A stretch of 64,000 nt of DNA from Camelus dromedarius (lineage: Eukaryota), in contig NC_087436.1 of assembly GCF_036321535.1 (NCBI RefSeq), positions 122,204,001 to 122,268,000 on the forward strand, written 5' to 3'. The position numbers and the translations under genes are program-made. Positions 35,050 to 46,820 of this stretch are shown here, in pieces. The notes under the pieces were generated by a model. The model was not told the DNA's origin. It did not search any database and worked only from the letters and a program-made list of their open reading frames with translations. Within the stretch, counting starts at the first letter, position 1; every line of letters starts with the position of its first letter.

Positions 35050-35990
35050 ATAAGAGGCACAACTACATGGTAAGGATTCAGAAAGGTTGAAAGTAAAGAG
35101 TGATAAAAGGTATACTATGTAAATACTCATAAAAACAAGACTGGCACTGCTGTGTTAATATTAGATGAAACAGATTCTAAGGCAAGAACAGCGGAGACAA
35201 GGAGGGATCCACTGTTACAGCTGGATGGAGACTTCACTGCCCCTCTCCGAGGAGCGGCAGGTCCAGCAGGCAGAGGATGCAGATGAATTCAGCAGCACCA
35301 TCGATCGCCATGCTGTAGTGACATCCGCCAACTGCAGCATCCAACAAAGTGGAACACACATTCTTCCCAAACTCACTGCAAACGCCAAGACAGACCACAT
35401 TCTGGGCCATAACACATTTTTTTTTTTAATTTTGGGGGGAGGTAACTAGGTTCTTATTTATTTGCTTATTATTTTAATGGAGGTACAGGGGATTGAACCC
35501 AGGACCTCCTGCATGCGAAGCAAGCTCTCTACCAACTGAGCTGTGCCCTCCTCCTTTAACACACTTCTTACACATGCAGAGGTACAGAGAGCACAGTGTC
35601 TGCTCGCAGACCACAGTGGAATTAACTGGGAATCAGTAACAAATGCAGCTGGACAATCTCCAAGTACCTGGAGGTGACAAAACATACTTCTAAATAACAT
35701 GTGAATCAAGGGAGAAATCTCAAGAGAAGTTAAAAATAATCTGAACTAAATGAAAATGAGAGATAACTTTTCAAAATGTGGGATTCAGCAAAAGCAGTGC
35801 CCAGGGGGAAATTTACAGCATTGATTTCATGTATAAGAAAAGAAGAAAGCTCTATAACCAATAATCCAGGCTTGTGCCACAGGGAACTAGGAAACCCAGA
35901 GTAAGCCGAAGAAAAGAAAGGATGAAAATCAGAGCAGAAATGAAAGAAACTGAAAGGAGAAAATAATAGAGAAAATCAATGTGATGAAAT
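35050..35990 (+). mobile_element. Ancient L1M ORF2 5' (endonuclease) relic, interrupted by a SINE
   Basis: ggagacttcactgcccctct (GDFN-like), agacagaccacattctgggccataa (IDHILGH), cagaccacagtggaatt (SDH), gggattcagcaaaagcagtgcccagggggaaattt. Confidence 0.8.
35417..35554 (-). mobile_element. Vic-1-type SINE
   Basis: ggggattgaacccaggacctcctgcatgcgaagcaagctctctaccaactgagctgtgccctcc; poly-T tail; flanking taacaca direct repeat. Confidence 0.88.
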
Positions 35991-36921
35991 AAAACTCGTA
36001 TTTTATGAGCAAACAAGGAAGATTTAAATGTACCGTCTTCCTCTGCCCATTCGGCCTCCCCACTCTCCCTGCGTGTGTGCTGGACGTCACCAGACGTCCT
36101 TAGGCGGTGACGTCCCCCGCGCTCTCCCTCCTCGCTCTGTGCATGGTCAGACTGCATACCCTGGCAGCCTGTCGCGAGACTACAACCCTTTGTCGCAGAA
36201 GCTCGTGTAACTGTGCCTCGAACTCCAGTAAGCCCAACAGTCCTGAGAGCTTCCTGGAAGCCTGTCTCGTGGGTCGTGATCCTCCGATCAGCGTCGCTGG
36301 CACGATGCCGGAGACACCCCCCCGCCAGAGGACCCAGGAGGCCACCCCGGACCTGGGCTCAGTACCCTCTTCTCAGCGCTCCTTGGGGGTTCCGGCGAGT
36401 TCTGATAACTCGATCTCATTGCTTCTAAGTGCTGATCTTCAACGTCTTATTTGAGCTGTTTCTACTTGACTTGGAGCCTTCAGGGGCACACATGCATCTC
36501 CTAGGCAGGGACCTGGGCAGTGGGGGTGGAGGGAGCTGGGCGGGAGGCCAGGGAAACAAGTGGCCGGTTTTTGTTATGTGCGGTTTAACTGAGAAGGACA
36601 AGTTAATACAGGGTCTGAACAAACCCTTCGGTAGTGAAATGGGAGGCTGAATTCATTCAGCTCCGAAGAACAGGGGACACCTGCTCCTCCTGGTCACAAG
36701 GGGTTCTTAGGTGACAGAACCTGGTGGACATGTCTGCGGGTCACTGCTCGGGATGTGCAGCGTTCCCACAGGGGAGCCCACCACAGCACTCAGCGAATGC
36801 TGTTCTTCCTGGGACACACAGCCTAGCCTGACACCCGGTGCTCCGAGTGCTCACGGCAGCTCCTGCCGGAGGTGAGAACCCAGACGCGTGGAGAGAGTCA
36901 GCCAACCCAAAGAGCTGCCTT

Positions 36922-37542
36922 TGATGCAGGAAAGTAAATGGGGTGCGAGAGGCTGGCTGTGTCCCAGGTCTCAACTGAGTCCCTAGGACGCAGCTGCCGC
37001 CAAGTGAGGGTCCTTGGCTTCTGCAGGAGAGAATGAAAGAGCGAGCCGCAGCTGAGTGAAGGCAGGTTTATTTGGAGAGATGCACTCTATACACGAGTGT
37101 GGGCCGTCCCAGGAGGCCGGGGGGTGAGAGGTGGGGGGGCTGGGGGTGGTTAAAGGTAGACACGCCCCACAGAGCGTGGGTGTCTAGGAAGGCGAGGGGC
37201 GGGGAGGCTGTGAGGGGTGGTGGTGCTAGTTCGTATATGCTGACAAGTGGGAAGATCATTCCAGCTGCTGTGGGGAAGGGGCGGGGAGCCCCAGGCATCG
37301 GGCCACGGCCCTCTCTTTGACCTTCCAGGAGCAGCCTCGGAACTGTCCTGGTGCTTGTGGGTGTGTCGTTCACCAGGCAGGACATTACAGTGTGTACAGT
37401 GAAGCTGAAGGTCCACTAGGGGTTGGATCTCCTGCCATCCTGGGCCTCCAGGTCTACTGGGAGTTGACTTTCCCCCATCTTGGTGCTAATTGCTGTGTCA
37501 TTCCTTTAATGGCTGGGTCCTGCCCCCGTCCCTCCTGTCCCA
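36922..37542 (-). mobile_element. ERV1-class solo LTR with 4-bp TSD
   Basis: TG...CA termini; CCTT on both sides (36918-36921 and 37543-37546); AATAAA on the - strand near 37067-37072. Confidence 0.85.
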
Positions 37543-37546
37543 CCTT

Positions 37547-38496
37547 CGGGAGCTACACTCAGAAGCAGAGTCCATCCCTTCCACCACACTGTCTCAGAAA
37601 GCTGTCCAGATCATCTCATCTCTGAATTAGGTGACCAAATTGATATTGGGAAGTTGAGCCTCAAAGTCCAAACAGCTCCTGTTCAGGCAGCCACCTATGG
37701 GGGTACCAGCTGGCTTGTGTATGCTTGCGTCCCTAGTTGGGCATTAAAGGAAACTGGGCCCTGAAATGGCCAGGATGGGGTTCTCCTGGCCCTCCAAAAT
37801 GGGTTTTTGCACGCACAGGTAGAGAAAGCTGGAGGAAGGTAGGTTCTTACCCTGTCGGTCAGTCTCCTGGGCCCCTGTCTGCAGGGTCTACTGAGACAAG
37901 GGTGGTAGAGTTCTCCTCTTTTCTAGAATTAGATTAGCAGGAGGAAGTGGAGGGCCGGCTCCATGCAGCCTTTGAATTGTAAAAACTTCTAAGTTGTTAA
38001 AGAGCTCACAACTTAAACTACCTTAATTGGTATGCAGAAGCCCCCAAAGGCTTCAAAGTTCCAAAACATCTTCACTGAAGGATTTGTTGTAGAACGCGAG
38101 TGAAAGTAGTTGTATGGAAGCTCCTAAGAGGCCAACCAGCCCTTTAAGACAGCTCCTCCGTCCCCGCCTCCAGGTACTGCAGCCTGCCTGAACTGCCTTC
38201 TACCGCAAAGACTCCGCGGCTACCTCTAGAAGTGGGACTGGCCGAGGCTGTAGAGGAGCCTCTTCAGGTCAGAGGTGAGCCCAGGGCCATCGTTAAAGAC
38301 TTTCTTAAGACCAGGGAGGAACCTTAAGTTTCAGTAAGTGGTTTGCCAAGACAGGAGGCCAGCCGGTCTGACCACACTGACCACAGCTGATATGCAGAGC
38401 CTGATAGCATTCTTTTTTTCCTTTTCCCCCTGAAGCTAAATGAGGGAAAGTAAAACATCCCAATGTAGGTAGATGGCTATGTCAGTCCTTAGGTCT
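37547..38496 (+). mobile_element. Degenerate ERV1 internal (gag-like) sequence
   Basis: ctgaaatggccaggatggggttct (L.WP.WGS) and gagcccagggccatcgttaaagactttcttaagaccagggaggaacct (E.RAIVKDF...REEP) resemble gag of MER4-group ERVs as I recall it. Confidence 0.45.
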
Positions 38497-39128
38497 TGAT
38501 GCAGGAAAACGGATGTGGGGCGTGAGCAGGGCCAAGTCCCACGTCTCAGCTGAGCCCCTGGGACGTGCCCCGCCAAGTGTGGGTCCTGGGCTTCGCGCAG
38601 CATAGAATTCAAGCGCGAGCCACAGCTGAGTAAAGGTAGATTTGTTTAGAGAGAGACACACAGTGTAAGGCCAGAGAAAGGCCAGAAAAGAAGTGTGGGA
38701 ATCGGGTGCTCAGGTTAGAGTAAAACTAGGCACACACTCCATAGACAGAGTGCGGGCCGTCTCCAAAGGGGAGGCAGAGCGCCAAGGGCCGCTCGGCGTG
38801 GTGGTGTCACTTTTTATGGGCTGAGTAGCTTCACACACCTACAGGTGGGATCAATCCAACTACCCTGGGGGAGGGGCTGGGATACCCAGGGACTGGGCCA
38901 CCGCCCATTCATGGGCCTTCTGTGGTCATCCTTAGGGCCATCATGGTGCCTGCGGGCGTGTTATTCCATCCCACTGTTACAATGAGCACATAATGAAGCT
39001 CAAGTTCTACTAGAAGTCAAACCTCTTAATCCTCCAGGCCAACTGGGAGTTGAATCTTCCACCATTTTGGTGTTAAATTGGTGTCATTCCTTGAATGGCT
39101 CTGCCCTGCCCTCTTCCATCCTGTCTCA
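38497..39128 (-). mobile_element. Second ERV1-class LTR of the same family as 36922-37542
   Basis: Same tgatgcaggaaa start and gtcattcctt.aatggct...cctgtc.ca end; collinear internal similarity. Confidence 0.85.
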
Positions 39129-39129
39129 A

Positions 39130-39788
39130 AACTGCCAACTTAAATGAAGGGAATTCACTGAATATCCAGATCACTTCCAAGTAAGACATTGGAATGTTAA
39201 TTGCTAAAAAAGCCTCAGTCTTGCTACTTTTGCTTCTTATTAGAGAAAAACTAAATACACGTGGGTTCATTGGACATGAACTGCACCCCACTGAGGAAAG
39301 CAATTAGGTTACAGTGTGTGCTCACACAGTGCGTGTGAGCTGCTTACAATGCAATGACCATAGACACAACATATTTTTAAGCTTAATCTTCATTGTTAGC
39401 ATTTTCTCTACAAGTCTAGACAGTCAAGACAACAGTCGGGCCCTGGCGTATAGCACTGGCCATTGTCCATGACGTAAACGCTCCCACCTCTGCTGAGCCC
39501 AAGCTGCCAGTGTGACGCCAATGAGAGCGGAGTGGGGGTGAGAAGGGCAGGAGTACCGAGTTACAGAGCATCTCCACCATCCCATTCAGTTATAGTAGAC
39601 AGAAATAAAGAAATGGGCAACACTGAAACGTGGCAGAACACCTTGTAAAAAGCGTAGAAAAATAAATACAGTAGAATGAAGTTAAACTTTTCATAATGGC
39701 AATATTTAATGACAAGCTTATAAAATTCCTGAAAATTGAACAACTGGCTCTTGCAAGCCTGGTAATTTGGCCCCAGCACACAGCCCTG
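39130..39788 (-). mobile_element. MER63-like hAT DNA transposon relic
   Basis: aaaattcctgaaaattgaacaactggctcttgcaagcctggtaatttggccccagcacacagccctg terminus and internal gacgtaaacgctcccacc match MER63 as I recall it. Confidence 0.6.
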
Positions 39789-40949
39789 GGACGGTAACTC
39801 GTGCAGTTCCCTAGAGAACCTTCTGGCAGCCCTCTGTAACTCTACCTGGGTGCCCTTTGGCCAACACCCCTCCTCTGGGGCACACACCTCCCAGACCCAG
39901 ACCCCTCTAGTTCTAGACGGACTGGAATGAGGGTCCTCTTTGTAGATGTCTGTAGGGGGTGGCAACTAGGAGCATGTGAGGGTCTCCTCCCAGGGGAATG
40001 GAAAGCTACCATGTGGTGCAAGATCTCTGTCCAGTGAAGACACCCACATACTCGTAACAACACTCTACTCTGTCAAGGACGCACCCATCAGGACACATCC
40101 TCAGCACGTTATAGCAGGGGGTGGGGTGCTGGGGGAGAGAAGTGAGCCAAGGGATGGGTGGTGGAAGGAAGAAAAACTGACTCAAGTAAAATAAAACCAG
40201 AGCTGGGCCTCGCCCCAGTGAGGAGAGCAGGCCTTGATCTGAAGGGTCTGGGTGGCTGACCTCTGCAAGGACCAGGTGCACAGAGAAGGGTGAGGCAGTG
40301 GGTGCTTCCTGACCCTCTCCCCTCAGTGGTCTCAAAGAGGCAGAAAGGATGGAGCCTGTGGTCCTGATGGGCAGGGGGTGAGGTCTGAAGAGGAGCTTTA
40401 GACACAGGGACTCTTCCCGGAGATGATGAGGTCCAGGCTGTGACCGTGGCGGGGCAGAGGTAAGGGATACATGGCAGGGAGGTGAGGAACCAGGAGGCTG
40501 GGGCTGGCGGCCCCTCCTGAGCCTCTGACTTGCTCCCTGTGCAGTCACCCTTCCTCCTGCTCACTGTATGCAGCCTCTTCAAACAGCTGCAGTGTCCCCT
40601 CCCGCAGGGGCCCTGGCCATGCCGTGACGAACAAGTCCGTACTCAGGGGCACCTCTAAGCTTGCTGTCCTGGCCCAGGAGAGGCCCAGCCCTGACTCTGG
40701 GCACCAGAACAGACACTGCTAGAGGCAGGCAAGGAAGCTGGCCTGGTGGGGAAAAGGGGGTTGGTTGGCCAGGGCGGGAGGACCCCCTCTAGGCAGAGAG
40801 GCTCTCAGCTTCTGTGCCTTCCTTGGTTATGCCCGAGGCTGGCTGGAGCCTGTGGGTGGTAAGAACCCCCTAAAGCAGGGCTCACTTCCTTCCAAGGGGT
40901 GCCTGACGGCTCACCTCCGCTTTGGGCCCCGGGAAAGGTAGGTGCGGCT

Positions 40950-42480
40950 GTCAGGCACAGGCCGCAGGAAGGCCGTCCGCAGCGGACCCCGAGGACGCGG
41001 AGCAGCTACAGGCACAGTCAGTCCGTTGGGACAGCGGCCTGGCAAACGGCAAAAGCAGCGGCACTGGGGACCAGAGAGGCTGGCCAACTTTGCGAGGCTC
41101 GCCCGAGTGCCTCCACGCATGATGTGCACCGCGAGCCTGCGCTCCCACCTCCGTGCCCCGTCCGGCGCGAGCCGCGCCGCGAGCACCGCGCCGCCCGCCT
41201 GCCCACTCCCTCTGACCGCCGACCCCGCGAGGGCGAGGGTGGGGACCCCGCCGTGTCCCCAGCACCTGGAACAGTGCCGGGCGCCTGGACCGCTGAGGGA
41301 GAGGACGAAGGCTGGACCCCACCCGGCTCTCCGGCAAAGATTTCCCTGTCTGTCGACTCCGACCACCTCGCTCCTGGCGGCGCGGGCGGGAAGGCCTGCG
41401 CCTCTGGGACTCAGCGGAGCGCAAGCCGACCGGACCCTGCCTGCTGCTCAGCCCCGGACGCCGCGAGGAGGGCGCGCAAGAGCCCGGCCACTGCCCCCAC
41501 CGGGCAGCGGTCCGGCCGCTCCCAGGCGCCCGTCCCGTGGCAGCCGGCGCTGGCGGGCTCCCATCCGCATCGAGCCTGAAGGGGAAAGCACACCCAGGAG
41601 ACAGTCGACCGAGCGAGCACCGTCTCGCTCCACTGGCGACTTCAAGCGCGAACCCCAAGCCGCCGCGCCCAGCCCTCTGATGACGTCATCTTCCGTGGTC
41701 CTCGAGAGCTGGCCATGGGCGCCGCCATTTTACATTACGGCGGCCGGCGGGCCTTCCTCGGCGTCCTGCGAAGCGCCTCTCCGAGGCCCCGCCCCCTCCT
41801 GTGACGTCACCGAGGCGCGCCCGGCCGGCGCCGCCATGTTGGAGGTCCTCACCGCAGGCGCGTAGGTGTCTCCATAAGATGCCGGCTCGGCGGCGCCCGG
41901 CTTTCCCCCCCCCAAGATGGCGTCCATGCGGGAGAGCGACACGGGCCTGTGGCTGCACAACAAGTTGGGGGCCACGGACGAGCTGTGGGCGCCGCCCAGC
42001 ATCGCGTCCCTGCTCACGGCCGCCGTCATCGACAACATCCGCCTCTGCTTCCACGGCCTCTCGTCGGCCGTGAAGCTCAAGCTGCTGCTCGGGACGCTGC
42101 ACCTCCCGCGCCGCACGGTGGACGAGGTGAGGCGGGCGGGCGGGCGGCGGAGCGGGCGCGGGGCCGGCCTGCCACTGGGGGCCGCGCCTCCCTGCGCCCC
42201 GAGGCCCCGGCCCCGGCCCTCCCCTCCCCCGCCCCTCCCCCACGCTCGGGCCCCCCGGCCCTCGCCCTCCTCCCGCCGGCGTTCCCGAGGAGGCGCGGAG
42301 CCGCGGGCCCCGGCACCCGTGCGGCGGGCGGGCCGTGCGGGGGCGCGGAGGGCGGGCTGGCGGTCCCGGGGCTGCGCGGCCGCTGTGTCCGGCTCGGCGC
42401 GGCCTGGGATCGCGGTTTTCCGCGGACTCGTGCCCTCCGGGGTGGCGCCCTGTGTTCTAAGGCTTCTTTCCACGCGCGTT
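40950..42480. promoter_or_regulatory. NELFA: NELFA CpG-island promoter with two CREs, three YY1 motifs and a GC box
   Basis: TGACGTCA at 41681-41688 and 41802-41809; CGCCGCCATTTT at 41720-41731; CGCCGCCATGTT at 41829-41840; CAAGATGGCG at 41913-41922; GGCCCCGCCCC near 41785-41795. Confidence 0.85.
41917..42126 (+). CDS. NELFA: Negative elongation factor A, exon 1
   Basis: AAGATGG Kozak; 210 nt encoding MASMRESDTGLWLHNKLGATDELWAPPSIASLLTAAVIDNIRLCFHGLSSAVKLKLLLGTLHLPRRTVDE; GAG|gtgagg donor. Confidence 0.98.
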
Positions 42481-44075
42481 TCTGCATCTTTCTAATCCGT
42501 GGGCACGTGAGGTCCGTTTTCTGTTTTTCTCCTGATCGGTAAGTTATATCGCTTTTCACGCAAAATAAACGAAGTGTTTTTTAAATGTTGAGGCACCACG
42601 CTTGCTTAAACGGTCCCCGCCTACCATTGCAGTTTACTGTTACATTTTTTCAGTTTGTAGTTGCTTCCCGTCGGTAACGTGTACAAACGTGCACGTTTGT
42701 CGGTGTGACGAATAAAATAGCAGAGCCACCGGCGTCTGCGATTCCCTTGCAGATCAAGAAGTGGAACAAAACGCCTCCCCCTCCTCATCGCAGCCCCTCC
42801 CTCACTTTGGGAGGTGTTCGTTTCTCTGCCGTTCTGTATAACTTACCGGTTGTGTGTATGCATTTTTCAGTAGAACAGTTTGGCTTTGCGTGATTTGAAT
42901 TTAATGTTGTGTATCGTGTCGTGTTTCGTGTGAGTGATGTGGGTGTGTCTGTTGTCTTCGGTTGACACCTTCCTTGACAGCGTCATCCAAGTTGCAGCCC
43001 CTGAGGTTTTAGTTTTCACTGCTGAAGTCTTCCACTCTGAGTATGCGCGTGGTTGAGCATCTTTCCTGTGTTTATTATTTGATCTTTTTTGTGAATTGTC
43101 TGTTCAAATTTTTTCCCCCATTCTCTTTTGTTCCCCCATTGCTTTGCAGAATTTTTTGTTGTTGATTAGCAGTCCCTTCTCAGTTATATATGTTGCAGAT
43201 GTCTTCCAGGTGTGGCTTGACTTAAGTTTTCTGCACGGACTCTGGATGCACAGAAACTTAGCTGTAACTAGACAGGCGTACACCTCTGGTCTTCCCCTAT
43301 GGGTGGGGCCGATTTTGTCTGGTTTAGGATGTGTTTCCCTGCTTGAGGGGTGGGGGGACTCCCTGTGTGTGTCACAGGGGCACAGTTTTGCCTCTTACCT
43401 GCACAGAGCTCTCTGAGAATCTGGCATGGGGTAGATGGAAGTTTGTCTCTCAAATAACCTGTTTATTAACCGTATTTGTCCCAAGTTCATGGCCAAAACT
43501 TTAAATAAGAAAAAGTGATGGAAAAAGACTGGAAAAAGGGACTGAGGCACCCGCCCAGCTGTGGGTGCTCACTTGTCCCAGCCTTGTGAAGAAATTGTTA
43601 GGGTTTTTGGTTTTTTTTAATCACATCTCCTGCTGTACCCATTTATATGAGGAAATAAAAGTAAGCTGAAATGAAAAAAAATTTTTATTACTGAGTCTTC
43701 AGTCTATGCAAAAGTGATAATTATGTGAAGCTGGGAGTCCAATTTTATTATTTTCTGTATGAATGTCTAATTAGTCCAGAACCACTTATTGAAACAGCTG
43801 TCTTTTCCCATTGATCTGCATTGTTATTTCTAGTGTGTGTCTGTTTCTCGGCTCTGCTCTGTGCCTTTCAGCTATTTGTGTATCACTGGTAACTTGCTAA
43901 CTGCTGCTACTTCACAGGTAGCAAGTTGTAACAGCGAAGAGGGCAGACCCTCCAGCTTTTATTCTTCAGGAGCATCTTCTTGGCCCATTCCTGGCCGTTT
44001 GCGCCTCCATACTTTATTTTCACTTTTCAGCTATGTATGTACATAGAACTATTTGGGGCTTTAAGACTGAGTTGA

Positions 44076-44205
44076 GGGGGAAGGGCATAGCTCAGTGGTA
44101 GAGCGCATGCTTAGCTCACATGAGGTCCTGGGTTCAGTCCCCAGTACCTCCTCTAAAAATAAATAAATAAACTTAATTATGTTCCCCTCAAAAAAAAAAA
44201 AAAAA
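44076..44205 (+). mobile_element. Vic-1-type SINE in NELFA intron 1
   Basis: GGGGGAAGGGCATAGCTCAGTGGTAGAGCGCATGCTTAGC...GAGGTCCTGGGTTCAGTCCCCAGTACCTCC, then (AAAT)n and a poly-A tail. Confidence 0.92.
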
Positions 44206-44219
44206 GGGCCTGAGTTGAA

Positions 44220-45661
44220 CCCACATACCTATGGTCAGTTGACCTTTGACAAAGGAGGCAAGAACATACAATGGAAAAAGACAATCTCTTCAGCAAGTGG
44301 TGCTGGGAAAGCTGGACGGCCGTGTGTAAATCAGTGAAGCTAGGACACTCCCTCACTCCATACACAGAAATCAACTCAAAATGGCTTAGACTTAAACATA
44401 AGACAAGGCATCGTAAATCTCCTAGAAGAAAACACAGGCAAAACATTCTCTGACATAAATCTTAGCAGTGTTCTCCTAGGGCAGTCTACCCAGGCAATAA
44501 AAATAAAAGCAAAAATAAACAAATGGGACCTAATTAAGCTTACAAGCTTTTGCACAGCAACGGAAACTATAAACAAAACAAAAAGAACCTACAGAATGGG
44601 AGAAAATATTTGCAAATGATGTGACAGACAGGGGCTTAATTTCCGGAATATATTATACAACACAGTAACAACAACAACAACAAAACCAAATGAAAAATGG
44701 GCGGAAGACCTAAACAGACATTTCTCCAGTGAAGACATACAGGTGGCCAGTAGGCCCATGAAAAGATACTCAGTTTTGCTGACTGTCAGAGAAATGCAAA
44801 TCAAAAGTACAATGAGGTATCAGCTCACACCAGTCAGAATGGCCGTCATTGAAAAGTCTGCAAACAATAAATGCTAAAGAAGCTGTGGAGAAAAGGGAAC
44901 CCTCCTACACTGCTGGTGGGACTGTAGTTTGGTGCAGCCACTATGGAAACCCATATGGAAATTCCTGAAAAAACTAAAAATAGACTCTTCGTATGATCCA
45001 GCAATCGCACTCCTGGGCAGATATCTAGAGAAAACTAATTCGAAAAGACACATGCACCCCAGTGTTCAAAGCAGCAATGTGTACAATAGTCAAGACATGG
45101 AAGCACCTAAATGTCCATCAACAGATGACTGGATAAAGAAGTTGTGGTATATTCATACAGTGGAATACTACTCAGTGATTAAAAAAAAAGAATAATGCCA
45201 TTTGCAGCAAAATGAATTGACCATAGATCGTCCTACTAAGTAAAGTAAGATCGTCATGCTAAGTGCAGTGAAGTAAGTCAAAGTCACATCACTTATATGT
45301 GGAATCTAAGAAGAAAAGATGCAAATGAACTTACAAAACAGAGACATGGAAAACAAACTTACAGTTATCAAAAGGGAAAAGGGATGGGGAGGGATAAATT
45401 GGAAGTTTGTGATTAGCAGATAGAAACTACTATATATAATATAGATAAACAACAAGTTCCTACTGTATAGCGCAGGGAACTATATTCAAGATCTTGTAGT
45501 AACTTGTGATGGGAAAGAATGTGAAGAGGAATTATATATGTGTATCTATAACTGAATCATCATGCTGTACACCAGAGACAACACTATAAATCAACTATTC
45601 TTCAATAACATTTTTTGAAGTTTAAAAAAATAAAAGCAAAATCACATCACCAATTAAAAAA
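44220..45661 (+). mobile_element. 5'-truncated lineage L1 (~1.44 kb), sense to NELFA
   Basis: ORF2 peptides [13 protein letters not shown] and [17 protein letters not shown]; 3'UTR and A tail; flanked by copies of (aaga)ctgagttgaa. Confidence 0.93.
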
Positions 45662-46069
45662 AAGACTGAGTTGAATTTACACTTCATTCTGGGGTGAAAT
45701 CATCTTAATGTTGAATCTTACAAATTGGGAATATTGGCATATCTCTCTATTTAAATCTTTAATATTTGTTGTAGGGTTTTATGATTTTCTCCATTGAGTC
45801 CTTCTGTCTTCTGTTAGATATATTCTTAGATAACTTTTATTTTTTCAATCTGTTGTAAGTGGTGTCTTTTAAAATTTTGTTTTTAGATGAGTTTGTGAAT
45901 GACATCTGTACTGAAGTCTTACCAATTGCAATAATCTTCCTGTAGACTCCTTAATTTTTCTGTGTAGGTAACTATTTTGTTTTACTTTCCAATTGCTTTT
46001 CTTTGTCTTGCCTAACCTTACTCAGCAGGACCCTCCAGAGTATTGTCTGGTTTAATCGTGAATGAAGTT

Positions 46070-46764
46070 TTTAAACAGCTCTATTGAGGTGTAATTCACA
46101 TGTCGTACAATCTGCCCATTTAAAATGAAAATTCAGTGGTTCTTACACAGTTGTACAGCCATCTTCCTAGTTGACTTTAGGACATTTTCATCAGCCCCAG
46201 AATAAACTCTGGGTTAGCATTCCTGTCCCTATCCCCCCTCCCCCCCAAGGCCTAATCTTTCTGTGTCTGTGAATTTGCCTGTTCTGGACATCTCATGTGA
46301 ATGGAATCATACACTATGTGGTCTTTTCTGACTGGCTTCTTTCACTTAGCATGATATTTTTAAAGGTCATCCATGTAGTTTGTGTCAATACTTGTACCTT
46401 TTTTGTGACTGCTAATTGTTTTATTGATACACCACATTTCATTCATCAGTTATTCATCATTTGGTGGCCATTTGTGTTGATTCCACTTTTTGGCCATTGT
46501 AAGTAGCGCTGCTGTGAAGATTCACGGCAGGCTTTTATTAGCGTGCATTTTCAGTTCTCAGGTGTGTACCTAGGAGGGCTACTTGGGTCTGCAGTGGCCG
46601 TGCGGCTACCACTTCAGGGGCTCCCGAACTACTTTCCTCAGCGGCCGCAGCGTTTCTGCTCTTTACACCAGTGGCTTCTGAGTGCCCCGGTCCCTCGCGC
46701 CCTCGCCGCGGCCCCGGTCCCTCACGTCCTTGCCGACCTTTGCTGTAATGGGGCTCTTTTGGGG

Positions 46765-46799
<35 letters not shown>

Positions 46800-46820
46800 T
46801 GTTCTTGGATATAGCCATTG
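46070..46820 (-). mobile_element. Old L1MB-type 3' end with an embedded (GT)14 at 46765-46792
   Basis: aaacagctctattgaggtgtaattcaca...gttctggacatctcatgtgaatggaatcatac...gactggcttctttcacttagcatg. Confidence 0.8.

Noticed and set aside
36100..36454. Processed pseudogene or novel small gene in the CpG-rich patch
   Set aside because: No frame gave a protein I recognise, and there is no poly-A or TSD. A decayed L1 relic explains it better, though BLASTX is needed to settle it.
40942..41865. 307-aa ORF across the NELFA promoter
   Set aside because: It has a GTG start and is an open frame typical of a CpG island; only its last 9 codons follow a strong-context AUG.
44076..44150. tRNA-like sequence (also at 30706-30848, 34776-34900, 35417-35554 and 55186-55312)
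   Set aside because: These are SINE heads with A-rich tails and target-site duplications, not tRNA genes.
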